From Nanobdellota archaeon (GTDB lineage: Archaea > Nanobdellota > Nanobdellia > Parvarchaeales > Parvarchaeaceae), in contig JAJZMG010000001.1 in NCBI GenBank assembly GCA_021798355.1, positions 1-42,803 of the forward strand: a stretch of DNA of 42,803 nucleotides, written 5' to 3'. The translations under genes and the position numbers were made by a program. Of the stretch, positions 1-10,659 are shown in pieces. Every line of letters starts with the position of its first letter. The first letter of the stretch is position 1. The notes below the pieces were generated by a model that had not been told where the DNA came from, searched no databases, and saw only the letters and a program-made list of their open reading frames with translations.

Positions 1-44
1 TAATAATAGAAAAGCTTAAATACTAGAACTATTATAGAATAGAA

Positions 45-52
45 TTATAAAT
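45..52 (+). promoter_or_regulatory. Candidate TATA box (TTATAAAT) about 23-30 nt upstream of the rpoH start
   Basis: An AT-rich TATA-like octamer lies 23 nt before the TTG at 75. An AGAGG purine run at 62-66 could alternatively act as a Shine-Dalgarno site for a transcript started further upstream (AAAGCTTAAATA at 11-22). Confidence 0.3.
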
Positions 53-74
53 TATACTTTAAGAGGTTTCCCCT

Positions 75-308
75 TTGGACATCGATGTATTTAATAACCG
101 TTTATCGCCGCAATATAGAATTATGCTCAAAGAGGAACTTGATAAACTGTTAAGCGAGTACAATATTGTCGTGAAAGATCTACCTAAAATCAAGTTAAAT
201 GACCCTGCCGTCAAACTTTTGGATGCAAAAGAGGGAGATGTTTTGGAGGTAAAGCGTAGTAGTAAAACTGCAGGCAAGTACAGCTATTACAGGCTTGTTG
301 TAAAATAA
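75..308 (+). CDS. rpoH: DNA-directed RNA polymerase subunit H (Rpo5)
   Basis: 77 aa. It carries the LPKIKLNDPAVKLL...GDVLEVKRSSKTAG..YYRLVV motif typical of archaeal RpoH and sits directly upstream of rpoB. The apparent start codon is TTG. Confidence 0.9.
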   Translation: MDIDVFNNRLSPQYRIMLKEELDKLLSEYNIVVKDLPKIKLNDPAVKLLDAKEGDVLEVKRSSKTAGKYSYYRLVVK

Positions 309-309
309 A

Positions 310-1788
310 ATGGAAAATAACAATTATAAGACATTATTAAGAGCCGCTTTAGGTTCAACCGCTTTGGCTGCTCATCATATATCCTCATTTGAGTATTTTA
401 TAGATAAGGGACTTAAGAAAATCGTAGAAAGCGAAGGTTTAATAGAGCCAGTTATAAAGCCAGTTGGCGTAGAAGATTTTAAGATAAGAGTGAACAAAAT
501 AACTATTGGTAAACCAGACATAATAGAGGCTGATAGCATAGTTAGGTTAATTAAGCCTATGGAAGCAAGGGTAAGAGATCTTACATACGATGCTCCTTTG
601 ATGCTTTCAATCTCGTATCTGGCCGATGGCAAGGACATAATAGATGAAGACGTTTTCATAGGACGCATGCCAATTGTAATTAAATCTAAATATTGCAACC
701 TTTACGGGCTTTCATCCAGTGAGCTAACAGAAGCGAAAGAAGATCCCACAGATCCTGGCGGTTACTTCATAATAAATGGCACTGAAAGAATAATAATAAC
801 TACGGAAGATCTTGCTCCAAATAACATATTAATTTCAAAAGATAATCAAGAAGGATTTAAGTTCAGCGCAAAAATATTTGCAGATGCAGAGTCTATAAAG
901 GTTCCGCATACATTACAAATATCAAGTAGTAACCTACTTTATATTACTTTCGGTAAGTTAAAGAGGGTACCTATTATTACCCTAATAAAGGCACTTGGAG
1001 TAACTAATGAAAATGAGATGATCAAAAAAATAGGAAAGGAAGACGAAGACATAATAAACACTATAGACATGAACCTTATAGCTTTTAATATAAGCTCGGA
1101 AAATGATGCATTGGATACTATAGGAAAAATGCTCCATTCTATCCATACAAAAGAGACTGCAGAACTAAACATAGACTCTTTACTTTTCCCATTCTTAGGC
1201 AGAGATAAAGAATCCAGAAAAATAAAGGCAGAGTACATCATGTACGTTTCAAATCTTCTAATAAAAAGCGCATTAGAAGGAAAAGAAGTAGACAAAGATC
1301 ACTACTCCAACAAAAGACTGCATGCTGAAAACTACAATTTGGATATGCTGTTTAGATTCATATTCAAGCAAATACTGAACGATGCTAAGTACAATTTTGA
1401 GAGAGGAATAAGGAAAGACAGGGTGCCTGATCCTAAATACATTTTTACTTCCGATCAATTGACCGCTAGGTTAAGGTCTGCACTTGCTACAGGCCAATGG
1501 GTTGGTGGAAGGGTAGGAATAACTCAGCATCTCGACCGCAGAAGTTTCCCATCAACAGTTTCTCATTTAAGAAAAGTAGAGTCTTTACTTACTTCGAATA
1601 GGGAAAATTATAGGGCCAGGGATCTTCACGGAACCCAATTTGGCAGGTTCTGCGCGGTAGAAACTCCAGAAGGTCCAAAGATAGGTTTGACTAAGAACCT
1701 GGCTGTGTTGTCTATGATGTCTAAAGACGGGATAGATACGGAAACAGTTAAGAATTTGCTAAAGAACTACGGGGTTAAAAAAATATGA
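310..1788 (+). CDS. rpoB2: DNA-directed RNA polymerase subunit B'' (N-terminal half of split Rpo2)
   Basis: 492 aa with N-terminal RpoB-like blocks (GGYFIINGTERIIIT, HYSNKRL, RFCAVETPEGPKIGL). It ends in an ATGA overlap with the next gene, which is the classic split-B arrangement. Confidence 0.97.
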   Translation: MENNNYKTLLRAALGSTALAAHHISSFEYFIDKGLKKIVESEGLIEPVIKPVGVEDFKIRVNKITIGKPDIIEADSIVRLIKPMEARVRDLTYDAPLMLSISYLADGKDIIDEDVFIGRMPIVIKSKYCNLYGLSSSELTEAKEDPTDPGGYFIINGTERIIITTEDLAPNNILISKDNQEGFKFSAKIFADAESIKVPHTLQISSSNLLYITFGKLKRVPIITLIKALGVTNENEMIKKIGKEDEDIINTIDMNLIAFNISSENDALDTIGKMLHSIHTKETAELNIDSLLFPFLGRDKESRKIKAEYIMYVSNLLIKSALEGKEVDKDHYSNKRLHAENYNLDMLFRFIFKQILNDAKYNFERGIRKDRVPDPKYIFTSDQLTARLRSALATGQWVGGRVGITQHLDRRSFPSTVSHLRKVESLLTSNRENYRARDLHGTQFGRFCAVETPEGPKIGLTKNLAVLSMMSKDGIDTETVKNLLKNYGVKKI

Positions 1789-3587
1789 GTTTTGTATTCG
1801 TAAATGGCGTGCTTTCAGGAGTTACTGACGATCCAAATAAACTCGTTAAAGAAATTATAGAAGATAGGAGAGAAAGCAATATACCAAAAGAAATAAACGT
1901 AAGGTATAGAAAAGATACAGATAGCGTAATGATAAATTCTGATAGTGGAAGATTGCTAAGGGCACTTATAGTGGTAAAAAATGGGAAGCCGATGGTGACA
2001 AAGGAAGACGTAAGTTTACTATCAGAAGGGCACATAACTTGGCAGGATTTAATTGATAAAGGTAAAATAGAATATCTAGATGCCGATGAAGAAGAGCTTG
2101 CTTATACGGCATTGACCGAAGAAGAATTAACCCCTGCTCACACTCATCTTGAGATAACTCCTCTTTCTGTTTTTGGAACGCAGGCATCGTTACTTCCCTT
2201 TATAAATCACAGTAACGCGCATAGAAATGTTACGGCTGTTAAAAGCGTGCAGCAAGGGGTTGGTTTGTATACTACAAATTATCTTATAAGACATGATAAC
2301 GATTCTATGATAGCTATTGATCAGCAGATGCCCGTAGTTAAAACCGAAATGTATGAAAATGAAAACTTCAAGTCTCACCTTTCTGGACAGAATATAGTTG
2401 TAGCCGTACTCTCGTATTTGGGATATAATATGGACGATGCAATAATAATAAATAAATCTTCTGTGGAACGTGGGCTGTTCAGAGCGATGTTTTTCAGGCC
2501 ATATAAAGTGGAAGAAATAAAATATGTTGGTGGGCAGAGCGATGTTATAGCCATTCCAGAAAAAGATGTAGCAGGTTATAGATCAGAGGATTCTTATAAA
2601 TATTTAGATGAAGACGGTATTGCTGCAATAAACTCTCATGTCAGTGGGGGAGATGTTCTTATAGGGAGGGTATCTCCACCAAGATTCGTTTCGTCTATAG
2701 ATAAATTTAGGTTGGGAGTGCAAAAGCAGGTTGAGTCCTCAATTGAATGTAGGACTGGAGAAAGTGGAGTAGTTGACAATGTATTTGTGACTTCAACAGC
2801 AGAAGGAAATAAGTACGTTTCACTTAAGATAAGAGAGGATAGACCAGTTGAAATAGGAGATAAATTTGGGCCTAGAAGTGGACAGAAAGGAGTCGTTGGT
2901 ATGCTTTTAAATCAAGAGGATATGCCGTTTACTTATTCCGGAATAATTCCTGATTTAATATTCTCACCTTACTCTATACCCTCAAGGATGTCAATGTCTT
3001 ACTTGCTAGAATTAATAGGTGGAAAAGTTGGTGCGCTTGGCGGAAGATATGTAGATGGCACTTCGTTTACGGGAGAAACCGAGGAAGATCTTAGGAAAGA
3101 ACTAATGAAGTATGGGTTTAGGGAGAATGGAGTAGAAACAATGTATAATGGTATAACTGGCGAAGAAATGAAAGTCAGAATATTCGTAGGAGATATGACC
3201 TACATAAGATTAAAGCATTTAGTAGAATATAAGATACAATGGAGGGCCCGTGGTCCAATTCAGCTGCTTAATAGGCAACCAACAGAAGGAAAATCAAAAC
3301 GTGGGGGGCTTAGATTAGGAGAAATGGAGAAAGACTGTTTCGTAGCCTACGGAACCGCATTGGCTCTTAAAGAGCGATTTGATTCAGATAAAGTAACGAT
3401 ACCTGTATGTTCAAAGTGTGGGATGATAGCAGTTTATAATGTGAAAAAGAAGACAGGTTACTGTCCGATAGACGGAGAGGATGCGCAAATAAAATTAATA
3501 GACGTCTCTGTTTCGTTTAAGATATTGCTTGATGAATTAAAATCAGTAGGAATCTATCCAAAAATGGTTTTAGGGAGTAAAGTATGA
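1785..3587 (+). CDS. rpoB1: DNA-directed RNA polymerase subunit B' (C-terminal half of split Rpo2)
   Basis: 600 aa with GDKFGPRSGQKGVVG, YIRLKHLVEYKIQWRARGP, GGLRLGEMEKDC and a C-terminal Cys-x2-Cys...Cys zinc-ribbon region. Confidence 0.97.
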   Translation: MSFVFVNGVLSGVTDDPNKLVKEIIEDRRESNIPKEINVRYRKDTDSVMINSDSGRLLRALIVVKNGKPMVTKEDVSLLSEGHITWQDLIDKGKIEYLDADEEELAYTALTEEELTPAHTHLEITPLSVFGTQASLLPFINHSNAHRNVTAVKSVQQGVGLYTTNYLIRHDNDSMIAIDQQMPVVKTEMYENENFKSHLSGQNIVVAVLSYLGYNMDDAIIINKSSVERGLFRAMFFRPYKVEEIKYVGGQSDVIAIPEKDVAGYRSEDSYKYLDEDGIAAINSHVSGGDVLIGRVSPPRFVSSIDKFRLGVQKQVESSIECRTGESGVVDNVFVTSTAEGNKYVSLKIREDRPVEIGDKFGPRSGQKGVVGMLLNQEDMPFTYSGIIPDLIFSPYSIPSRMSMSYLLELIGGKVGALGGRYVDGTSFTGETEEDLRKELMKYGFRENGVETMYNGITGEEMKVRIFVGDMTYIRLKHLVEYKIQWRARGPIQLLNRQPTEGKSKRGGLRLGEMEKDCFVAYGTALALKERFDSDKVTIPVCSKCGMIAVYNVKKKTGYCPIDGEDAQIKLIDVSVSFKILLDELKSVGIYPKMVLGSKV

Positions 3588-6106
3588 AATTAGACTCGAA
3601 CTTTGTTTTCAGTAAAATAGATGCATTGGAATTCGGTATAATGTCTCCTAAAATGATACAAAAGATGAGTGCCGTATCTATAACTTCATCTGAACTTTAT
3701 GACATTGATGGGTTCCCGGTAGATGGCGGTCTTTCTGATTTGAGGATGGGCGTAATTGATCCAGGTTTGACATGTAAAACATGCGGAAACACAATAAGGG
3801 ACTGCCCGGGTCACTTCGGTTATTTGGAGCTTGCTAGGCCAGTATTTAATGTAAAAACGGTGCCATACGTTTACAACCTTGTGAACTCTACATGTAATTC
3901 GTGCGGTAGGATACTCATATCTGACGAGCATCTTAAAAAACTAAGTGAAGAGATTATATCTGCAGAGGTCAATGAAGGACATAAAAAGAAAATAAAAATT
4001 ATTAAAGCCATTATAAAGCACGCAAAGAATGTAACGATATGTCCCTTTTGTAGAGCAAAACAGAAAAAGGTAAAACTTGAAAAGCCATACACTTTTGTAG
4101 ATGGTGATCAAAAACTTACCCCAATAGACGTGCTTAACAGATTAGAAAAAATAAAGGATTCCGATTTACAGTTTTTTGGTTTAGATCCAGATTACTCTAG
4201 GCCTGAATGGATGATGGTGTCTATTTTGGCAGTTCCGCCCATAACTATACGACCTTCAATTACTCTCGAGAATGGTCAAAGAAGTGAAGATGATCTTACT
4301 CACAAGCTTACTGATATAGTTAGGACTAATCAACGACTTGCTGAAAATATAAGATCGGGAGCTCCGGAGATAATAATCGATGAACTTTGGGATTTGCTGC
4401 AGTATCACATTACTACTTTTATATCGAATGGCTCAGCACAGGTTCCTGTTGCAAGGCAGAAATCTAACAAAAAACTTAAGAGTTTAGAAGATAGGATAAA
4501 AGGAAAGGAGGGAAGATTTAGAGGCTCTGCACTTGCAAAACGTGTAAATTATAGTGCTAGGTCAGTTATTTCACCGGATTCTTTTCTAAGGTTTGATGAA
4601 GTAGGAGTTCCTATAAAAATCGCGAAGGAGGTAACTTACCCAGAGTACGTTACAGAATTAAACATTGACAGGCTTAAAGCTACTATTAAGAATTTTAATT
4701 CTCACCCTGGTGCGAATTATGTCATAACTCCAGACAATATTAAGAGGAAAATAACCGAAACAACTATAGACAATATTATTGATGAACTAAAGCCAGGTTA
4801 CGTAGTTGAGAGGCACATAAAAGACGGCGATATAATACTATTCAACAGACAGCCGTCTCTGCATAGATTATCGATAATGGGTCATAGAGTGAAAGTACTG
4901 CCTTACAAAACACTTGGTATTAACCCTGCATCCACTCTTCCATATAACGCAGATTTTGATGGAGACGAGATGAATATACACGTTTTGCAGAATGAAGAAG
5001 CACTTGCAGAGGCAGACATGATAATAAACATAAAAAATAATATAGTTTCGCCAAGGCACGGTTTACCATTGATAGGGGCAGCACAGGACTATATTTCAGG
5101 TTGCGCTTTGCTTACATCTAAAGAAGCGGAATTCACGAAGGAAGACGCCGAATTCTTACTCTCAAATATAGGGGTAGTAAAAGATCTGAAGAAAAATAAA
5201 TATATGGGTAGAGAGCTTTTTAGTATGATTCTGCCAGAGGACCTCAATTTTGAAAGTCAAAGCAGTACTTATAAGATAACAAAGGATGAAGATTCAATTG
5301 TAAGAATTAAAAATGGGAAATTAATCTCAGGGGTAATAGATGCAGCAACCATCGGAAGAGAAAGCGGAAGCCTGCTTCAATTTTTATTCGTAAGATATGG
5401 TTCAGAAGTAACCGCTAAATTTATAGATCAGGCAAACAAACTTGGGTTAATGGCTATTTTCAGTATAGGGATGAGTGTAAATATTAGAGACTTCGATATT
5501 CCAAAAGCAGCATACACCGAAATAGAGAAAACAGTAAAAGACGGAGAAGCTAGCGTAGCCGAGCTATTGAAAGATTATGATGACATAGCTGAGGCTAAAA
5601 TACTTAGCATAGCTAACAGAATAAGAATAAAAGTTAGGAATATAATTGATGCTTACATAGACAAGAAGAATAATAATGTGGAAGCAATGATTACGACCGG
5701 CGCTAAAGGAAGCATAACGAATCTTATCCCAACTGTGGGCCTTGTAGGTCAGCAGATGTTAAGAGACGTAAGGATAAGTAATGGATTCTCAGACAGACTT
5801 ACTTCTCATTTTAAGAAGGGAGATAATGGCCTTATTGCCCGTGGTTTCATAGTTTCAAATTACAGGCAGGGACTTAATCCTGTAGAGTACTTCCTTCATG
5901 CTGCAAGTAGCAGAGAAGGGTTAATGGACAATGTTATACGTACGCCAATATCAGGGTACATGCAGAGAAGATTGTCATCAGCGCTTCATGATCTTAAAGT
6001 AAGAGATGACCTATCAGTAAGACTTGGAAGTGCAATAGTTCAGTTTAAATATGGAGAAGACGGGTTAGATGTATCCGCAAGTGACAAAGGGGATCTTAAA
6101 TTATGA
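3584..6106 (+). CDS. rpoA1: DNA-directed RNA polymerase subunit A' (Rpo1N)
   Basis: 840 aa with an N-terminal zinc motif (CKTCGN..CPGHFG), [15 protein letters not shown] and the catalytic [10 protein letters not shown] motif. Confidence 0.98.
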   Translation: MKLDSNFVFSKIDALEFGIMSPKMIQKMSAVSITSSELYDIDGFPVDGGLSDLRMGVIDPGLTCKTCGNTIRDCPGHFGYLELARPVFNVKTVPYVYNLVNSTCNSCGRILISDEHLKKLSEEIISAEVNEGHKKKIKIIKAIIKHAKNVTICPFCRAKQKKVKLEKPYTFVDGDQKLTPIDVLNRLEKIKDSDLQFFGLDPDYSRPEWMMVSILAVPPITIRPSITLENGQRSEDDLTHKLTDIVRTNQRLAENIRSGAPEIIIDELWDLLQYHITTFISNGSAQVPVARQKSNKKLKSLEDRIKGKEGRFRGSALAKRVNYSARSVISPDSFLRFDEVGVPIKIAKEVTYPEYVTELNIDRLKATIKNFNSHPGANYVITPDNIKRKITETTIDNIIDELKPGYVVERHIKDGDIILFNRQPSLHRLSIMGHRVKVLPYKTLGINPASTLPYNADFDGDEMNIHVLQNEEALAEADMIINIKNNIVSPRHGLPLIGAAQDYISGCALLTSKEAEFTKEDAEFLLSNIGVVKDLKKNKYMGRELFSMILPEDLNFESQSSTYKITKDEDSIVRIKNGKLISGVIDAATIGRESGSLLQFLFVRYGSEVTAKFIDQANKLGLMAIFSIGMSVNIRDFDIPKAAYTEIEKTVKDGEASVAELLKDYDDIAEAKILSIANRIRIKVRNIIDAYIDKKNNNVEAMITTGAKGSITNLIPTVGLVGQQMLRDVRISNGFSDRLTSHFKKGDNGLIARGFIVSNYRQGLNPVEYFLHAASSREGLMDNVIRTPISGYMQRRLSSALHDLKVRDDLSVRLGSAIVQFKYGEDGLDVSASDKGDLKL

Positions 6107-7230
6107 AAATAGAAATACCTGAAAAATACATTGTAGCGTTTAAAGAAAAATACGGGGAGAATGCAGACTTATCAGAGCTTGAAAAAATATATGTAAGGTC
6201 TTTAGTAACTCCTGGAGAGGCAGTGGGCGTTATAGCTGCACAGAGTATCGGGGAAGCAAGTACTCAGCTTACGCTTAGAACAAAACACGCAGCAGGTCTA
6301 TCCGTAATTAACACTACTACCGGTTTACCAAGGTTGGTTGAAATCTTTGATTCAAAAAAAGATATCTCAACTCCTTTTATGGATATATACTTAAAAAATG
6401 AATATGCAAAGTCAAAGCAGAAAGCAAGCGAAATTGCAAATAAAATAATAGAAATAAAGATAGGAGATATAACATCTTCTTATACTGTTTCTCTTAGAAA
6501 GAAATCAATAGAATTTGTGTTGGATAGAGACATGCTGAAGGAATATGGTTTTACGGCTAAGGATGTTACAGCGAAGCTTTCGAACTTAAAAGTATCCACT
6601 TCGCTCGAAGGAAATATGCTTTCAGTTATAGATAAATCCTCAGATAGCGTTAAAAAGCTTATACGATTAAGAAATAAAATAGTAGAAATAAATCTATCTG
6701 GTTTATCAGGCGTTTCAAGAGCGATATTAAATCAGGATTCTCAGGGAAATTACTGGATAAAAACTATAGGTACAAATCTTTCGGAAGTGCTTAAAATGGA
6801 GGAAGTGGACCAGAAAAATACGGTTTCAAACGATATAATTGAAGTTTCAAAGGTATTAGGGATAGAAGCGGCAAGAAATCTTATAATAGACGAGGTAAAT
6901 GCCACATTGCAAAATGTTGGGTTAACTGTTGATTTAAGACATATATTTTTGATAGCGGATGCAATGTGCCTTGACGGTACTGTAAGAGGGATAGGTAGAT
7001 ACGGTTTAAGCGGAGAAGCCGATTCAGTACTTGCAAGAGCTTCATTCGAAGTTCCATTAAAACATCTTATTGAAGCAGGGCTCTATCATGAGTCAGATCC
7101 ATTTAAATACGTTGCAAATAATATACTTTCTAATCAAGTAATACCCATAGGAACAGGAGGGGTTAAATTAGTGGTGAAGGACAATGGAAAACGGAATAGC
7201 GAAGAAAATTCAGGAAAAGATAAAGAGTAA
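6103..7230 (+). CDS. rpoA2: DNA-directed RNA polymerase subunit A'' (Rpo1C)
   Basis: 375 aa with [24 protein letters not shown] (trigger-loop region). It overlaps rpoA' by ATGA. Confidence 0.96.
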   Translation: MKIEIPEKYIVAFKEKYGENADLSELEKIYVRSLVTPGEAVGVIAAQSIGEASTQLTLRTKHAAGLSVINTTTGLPRLVEIFDSKKDISTPFMDIYLKNEYAKSKQKASEIANKIIEIKIGDITSSYTVSLRKKSIEFVLDRDMLKEYGFTAKDVTAKLSNLKVSTSLEGNMLSVIDKSSDSVKKLIRLRNKIVEINLSGLSGVSRAILNQDSQGNYWIKTIGTNLSEVLKMEEVDQKNTVSNDIIEVSKVLGIEAARNLIIDEVNATLQNVGLTVDLRHIFLIADAMCLDGTVRGIGRYGLSGEADSVLARASFEVPLKHLIEAGLYHESDPFKYVANNILSNQVIPIGTGGVKLVVKDNGKRNSEENSGKDKE

Positions 7231-7441
7231 TAAAGTGTTTATAGGTTTAAACTCTACATTGAGAGCTTATAAAAATGGTGAGGTTTCTTTTGTAGTATAC
7301 GCAAGCAATGCAAGTGATAAAATTATAGAAAAGTTAAATGAACTTGAAACTGAAAAGTATAAGTACGATGGAGACAGCGATGCACTTTCAATTGCTTGTG
7401 GTAAGTCATTTGGTATAACTGTTTTGGGGATAAAGAAGTAA
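7184..7441 (+). CDS. rpl30e: Ribosomal protein L30e (eL30)
   Basis: 85 aa showing the L30e/L7Ae-fold pattern ([27 protein letters not shown] ... [17 protein letters not shown]) and the conserved position after rpoA''. The only Met start gives a 47-nt overlap with rpoA''. Confidence 0.85.
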   Translation: MENGIAKKIQEKIKSNKVFIGLNSTLRAYKNGEVSFVVYASNASDKIIEKLNELETEKYKYDGDSDALSIACGKSFGITVLGIKK

Positions 7442-7444
7442 GTT

Positions 7445-7855
7445 ATGAACATAAAATTTGACAGTGATATCATATTATCAATTAATTTATTCTCTGATGT
7501 AACTAGTGTAATGCCAAGAGACTGCGTAAATTTTGAAGATAAAATAGTATTTGTAGTAAGTCAGGGCCAAGCCGGTTTAGCTATAGGTAAAAATGGGATG
7601 AAGATAAAAATGCTTCAGGAGATGTTAAAAAAAGAGGTAGTTGTTATCGAATACTCTGATGATCCTGTAAAACTTTTTGAGAATGTCATAAGACCAAATA
7701 AACTTATATCCGGTTATATAACTGCAAATAAAAAAGGGGATGAAGCTAAGAAAGTAGAGGCTTCCGTTGATGGAAAAATAAGCAGTAATAAAATAAAACT
7801 AATTAAAATGCTAATGCAAAGGTATTTTAATATAGTTAGTATAAATATTAAGTAA
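7445..7855 (+). CDS. nusA: Archaeal NusA-like transcription termination/antitermination factor (two KH domains)
   Basis: 136 aa with a KH GxxG motif (GLAIGKNGMKIKMLQ) and the canonical position between L30e and S12. Confidence 0.85.
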   Translation: MNIKFDSDIILSINLFSDVTSVMPRDCVNFEDKIVFVVSQGQAGLAIGKNGMKIKMLQEMLKKEVVVIEYSDDPVKLFENVIRPNKLISGYITANKKGDEAKKVEASVDGKISSNKIKLIKMLMQRYFNIVSINIK

Positions 7856-7861
7856 AAAATT

Positions 7862-8299
7862 ATGGGAAACAAGACGCGTGGGCTGTTTAATGGCAAGATG
7901 TTGCTAAGAAGGAAGGAGAGAGTACGATTTAGTAAGAACAAAAGTAAGTCTTACTTTAGCGGTAGCTGGAAAAAGAATGATCCACTTGCAGGTGCACCAC
8001 AGGCGAGAGGCATTGTTTTAGAAAAAGTTGAAATAACGCCTAAGAAGCCTTCATCCGGAAAAAGAAAATCGTGTAAAGTTCAGCTTACAAAGAATGGTAA
8101 GATTATAACTGCGTACATCCCTTGGAGCAAGGGAGTCTCATTTGTAGACGAGCACAACGATGTTATAATTGAAAGAATCGGAGGTGCTCAGAAGGGTGCA
8201 AGAGGCGACCTGCCAGGTGTAAAATTCAAGATAACAAAAGTTAATGGTATCTCATTAAAAGAATTAGTCAAAGGAAGAAAGCAGAAACCTGTTAGATAA
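7862..8299 (+). CDS. rps12: Ribosomal protein S12 (uS12)
   Basis: 145 aa with PQARGIVLEKVEITPKKPSSGKRKSCKVQL...GDLPGVKFK, which is the uS12 signature. Confidence 0.96.
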   Translation: MGNKTRGLFNGKMLLRRKERVRFSKNKSKSYFSGSWKKNDPLAGAPQARGIVLEKVEITPKKPSSGKRKSCKVQLTKNGKIITAYIPWSKGVSFVDEHNDVIIERIGGAQKGARGDLPGVKFKITKVNGISLKELVKGRKQKPVR

Positions 8300-8300
8300 A

Positions 8301-8930
8301 ATGGAAGAAGAAAAATCATTGGAAATTGTTAAAAAAGAAAAGGAAATAAAGCTTTTCGGAAAATATAGCTTTGAAGATGTAAAAGTAAATGACGCCGGTC
8401 TTAAAAATATAATTTCTCTTAAACCCGTAATAGTGCCAAAGACCTCTGGTAGGTTATCCCAGCAAAGGCTCGCAAGAGAGAAGATGAGCATAGTTGAGAG
8501 GCTTATAAGTCACCTCATGGTTCCAGGCCACAGAGGGAAGAAACATTTAAGGACCAGCAAGTTAATGTCAGGAAGGTTTAATACTGCCTCTAATCTGGTT
8601 GAAAGCGCATTTGATATGATAAGTAATGATGGTTTAAATCCTATACAGATTCTTGTAAAGGCCATAGAGAACTCCGCACCCAAAGAGGAAGTAATGACGC
8701 TTTTGGTAGGAGGGCAAAGGCTTGCAAAGCAGGTTGATACTGCACCAATAAGAAGGGTAGATTTAGCATTAAGGTGGATAGCAGAGGGGACATACCAGCT
8801 TTCAGCGACGGGTAAAAAAGCAGATAAAGCACTATACGAAATACTTACTCAGTCAGCTAATAACCAGGATATTGCATTTCCTATTTCAAAACGGATAGAC
8901 ACGGAAAGGCAGGCAGCATCTAGCAGATAA
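8301..8930 (+). CDS. rps7: Ribosomal protein S7 (uS7)
   Basis: 209 aa with archaeal uS7 blocks (ERLISHLM.PG...GKK, AIENSAPKEEV, RRVDLALRWI). It follows S12 directly. Confidence 0.95.
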   Translation: MEEEKSLEIVKKEKEIKLFGKYSFEDVKVNDAGLKNIISLKPVIVPKTSGRLSQQRLAREKMSIVERLISHLMVPGHRGKKHLRTSKLMSGRFNTASNLVESAFDMISNDGLNPIQILVKAIENSAPKEEVMTLLVGGQRLAKQVDTAPIRRVDLALRWIAEGTYQLSATGKKADKALYEILTQSANNQDIAFPISKRIDTERQAASSR

Positions 8931-8944
8931 ATCCATGCACCTGC

Positions 8945-8951
8945 TTTTTTT
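8945..8951. terminator. Oligo-T tract between the convergent rps7 and trmI genes
   Basis: A T7 run lies immediately after the rps7 stop and reads as A7 on the other strand. Archaeal RNA polymerase terminates at oligo-T, but no strong hairpin is present. Confidence 0.35.
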
Positions 8952-9696
8952 AAATTGCTACTTTTCTTATAAACAGTAGAAAGGCAGTGTGCAGTATGCC
9001 ATTACTTTCTGGTCTGAGTATGTCTCTGTCTATTTCTACTTTCCAGTTTATTTCATTATTTTGCAATAATCGTTCTACTTTCATGTTTTTAGGAAGAGCT
9101 CTTATTGTTTTTTCTATTTGTATAATCGATGGAGAGTAAGTGACTATTCTTGCGCCAATCTTAAAGTTTTTTTCTATAACAGGTAATACTTCCCAAGGGT
9201 CTGGGAGATCAAGTACTCCACAGTCAAAATTCTTCTCCTTTACGCCGTTTTTAACGTCTAAGTTGCTGAATTTTATATTATCTAAATCAAATAGTTCCGC
9301 GTTTTTCTTTGCCACTTTCATAAATTCTTTTCTTACTTCATATGAGAAAACTTTTATGTCTTTTGATAGGTTTGCCAGTGAACATGCCACAACTCCAGAA
9401 CCGGTTCCAGCATCAAATACTTTACTGTCTTTTTTCAACCCTAAGTACACTATTATGCTTCCGATATCTTTTAATGTGACTATTTGCGGCAGCCTTATAA
9501 TCTTTTTAATCAGATCAGGAGTTCCAGGTTCTACAATGTAAAATAAATTTCCATTATGGGTTTTTATTTTTGAACCTGCTTTTTTCCCCTTTATTTTTTC
9601 TGGCTTAAATATGCCAAACTGCGTGTTGCTTTCTTTTTTATCATCTATAGCTATAGAATGGTCTTCATTCAATAAAAATATCTTTGTTTTTTTCAT
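8950..9696 (-). CDS. trmI: tRNA (adenine-N1)-methyltransferase, TrmI/GCD14 family
   Basis: 248 aa with a SAM motif (VFDAGTGSGVVACSLA), a downstream VLDLPDPWEVLP block typical of TrmI/Gcd14, and a small N-terminal beta domain. Confidence 0.8.
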   Translation of the reverse strand: MKKTKIFLLNEDHSIAIDDKKESNTQFGIFKPEKIKGKKAGSKIKTHNGNLFYIVEPGTPDLIKKIIRLPQIVTLKDIGSIIVYLGLKKDSKVFDAGTGSGVVACSLANLSKDIKVFSYEVRKEFMKVAKKNAELFDLDNIKFSNLDVKNGVKEKNFDCGVLDLPDPWEVLPVIEKNFKIGARIVTYSPSIIQIEKTIRALPKNMKVERLLQNNEINWKVEIDRDILRPESNGILHTAFLLFIRKVAI

Positions 9697-10484
9697 ATTT
9701 CAGTTTTTATAACATTCACCATATTCCCAAAATTTTTATTTCCCGATATTTTTTCAGCATTTGTAAGTATAAAAGTTATTGTTTTATATGCAGTCCCGTA
9801 CCCCATTGCATTTATAAAGTCTTTCTTTGCTATCGTTTTTTTATTTAGTATCTGTACGACTGCTTTTATTCCATACTGGCCGTAGGAGCATATAAATACT
9901 CCTTTTTCAATTTCTTTTGGTTCTTGAAAACCCGTTTTTATCAGTAGGTTATACATTTCATTGTTTAGATTTTCTTTGTTTTCTCTAGGTTTTTTAATAG
10001 TCGTTTCATGTATAGCTTGCTTTGGTTTTTCATCTTTTGCGTTTATAATAGATTTTACAGTATCCAGGCTTAATCCTATCTCATATAAGTAATCTGCCTT
10101 TTGGCCCGTTTGGTTATCCTGTGCAGAAACCTTCTTCATGAAATCCGTAAGGTTCTGCGAAATGTACCTTTCTGCAGAAGAAAGTGATTCCGTATTTACA
10201 ACTTTTTTATCTCTTATTTTAGTTATTAAAGCTTTTTCCTGGGAATTTAATGTCTGCATTAGTATATTCAAGGCCTTTTCTCTATCTTTTTCAAGGAAGT
10301 AAACCGGCGAAGATCCAAATTTTCTTATGGTCTTTTTTATCTCCCCCTTTCCAGCAAAATAATCAACTATTGTCTGTGTCTGTAGAGTATCCTTCTCTAT
10401 TCTTTCAGCCAGCTCTAATATAAGAGCGGGACCTTCTCTCAGCTTGAGCATTATTTTATCGTAAATTTCATTTATGTCTTCCAT
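9693..10484 (-). CDS. Hypothetical protein with tandem winged-helix-like N-terminal modules and an uncharacterised C-terminal domain
   Basis: 263 aa. The N-terminus (ALILELAERIEKDTLQTQTIVDYFAGKGEIKK...PVYFL) resembles a winged helix-turn-helix and a second similar module follows. The C-terminal roughly 90 aa loosely recalls a restriction-endonuclease/Mrr-like core but shows no clear catalytic motif. It overlaps trmI by ATGA. Confidence 0.4.
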   Translation of the reverse strand: MEDINEIYDKIMLKLREGPALILELAERIEKDTLQTQTIVDYFAGKGEIKKTIRKFGSSPVYFLEKDREKALNILMQTLNSQEKALITKIRDKKVVNTESLSSAERYISQNLTDFMKKVSAQDNQTGQKADYLYEIGLSLDTVKSIINAKDEKPKQAIHETTIKKPRENKENLNNEMYNLLIKTGFQEPKEIEKGVFICSYGQYGIKAVVQILNKKTIAKKDFINAMGYGTAYKTITFILTNAEKISGNKNFGNMVNVIKTEI

Positions 10485-10659
10485 TAATAATCTTCCATTC
10501 TATATTATTTATAACTTGTAATCCCTTATTAAATAATAAAAACTCAGCTTGCAATATTATACTATCGATGAAGAAGTTATAAGCTTGCTTTATTCCTTTT
10601 TATATAGTGGGCGTAATGGTATAATTTAGGGATTAATATTATGAAATATTTATAAATTT

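Noticed and set aside
59-7473. Numerous 60-120-aa ORFs antisense to or out of frame with the rpo/ribosomal genes (for example 59..277-, 375..698-, 939..1295-, 1775..2035-, 3686..3931-, 4868..5059-, 7267..7473-)
   Set aside because: They lie entirely within strongly supported conserved genes. Their low-complexity Ser/Leu/Ile/Phe-rich translations are typical of shadow frames in AT-rich DNA, and they have no motifs.
9140-9541. 133-aa plus-strand ORF inside trmI
   Set aside because: It is antisense to a gene with clear SAM-methyltransferase motifs and has a low-complexity translation.
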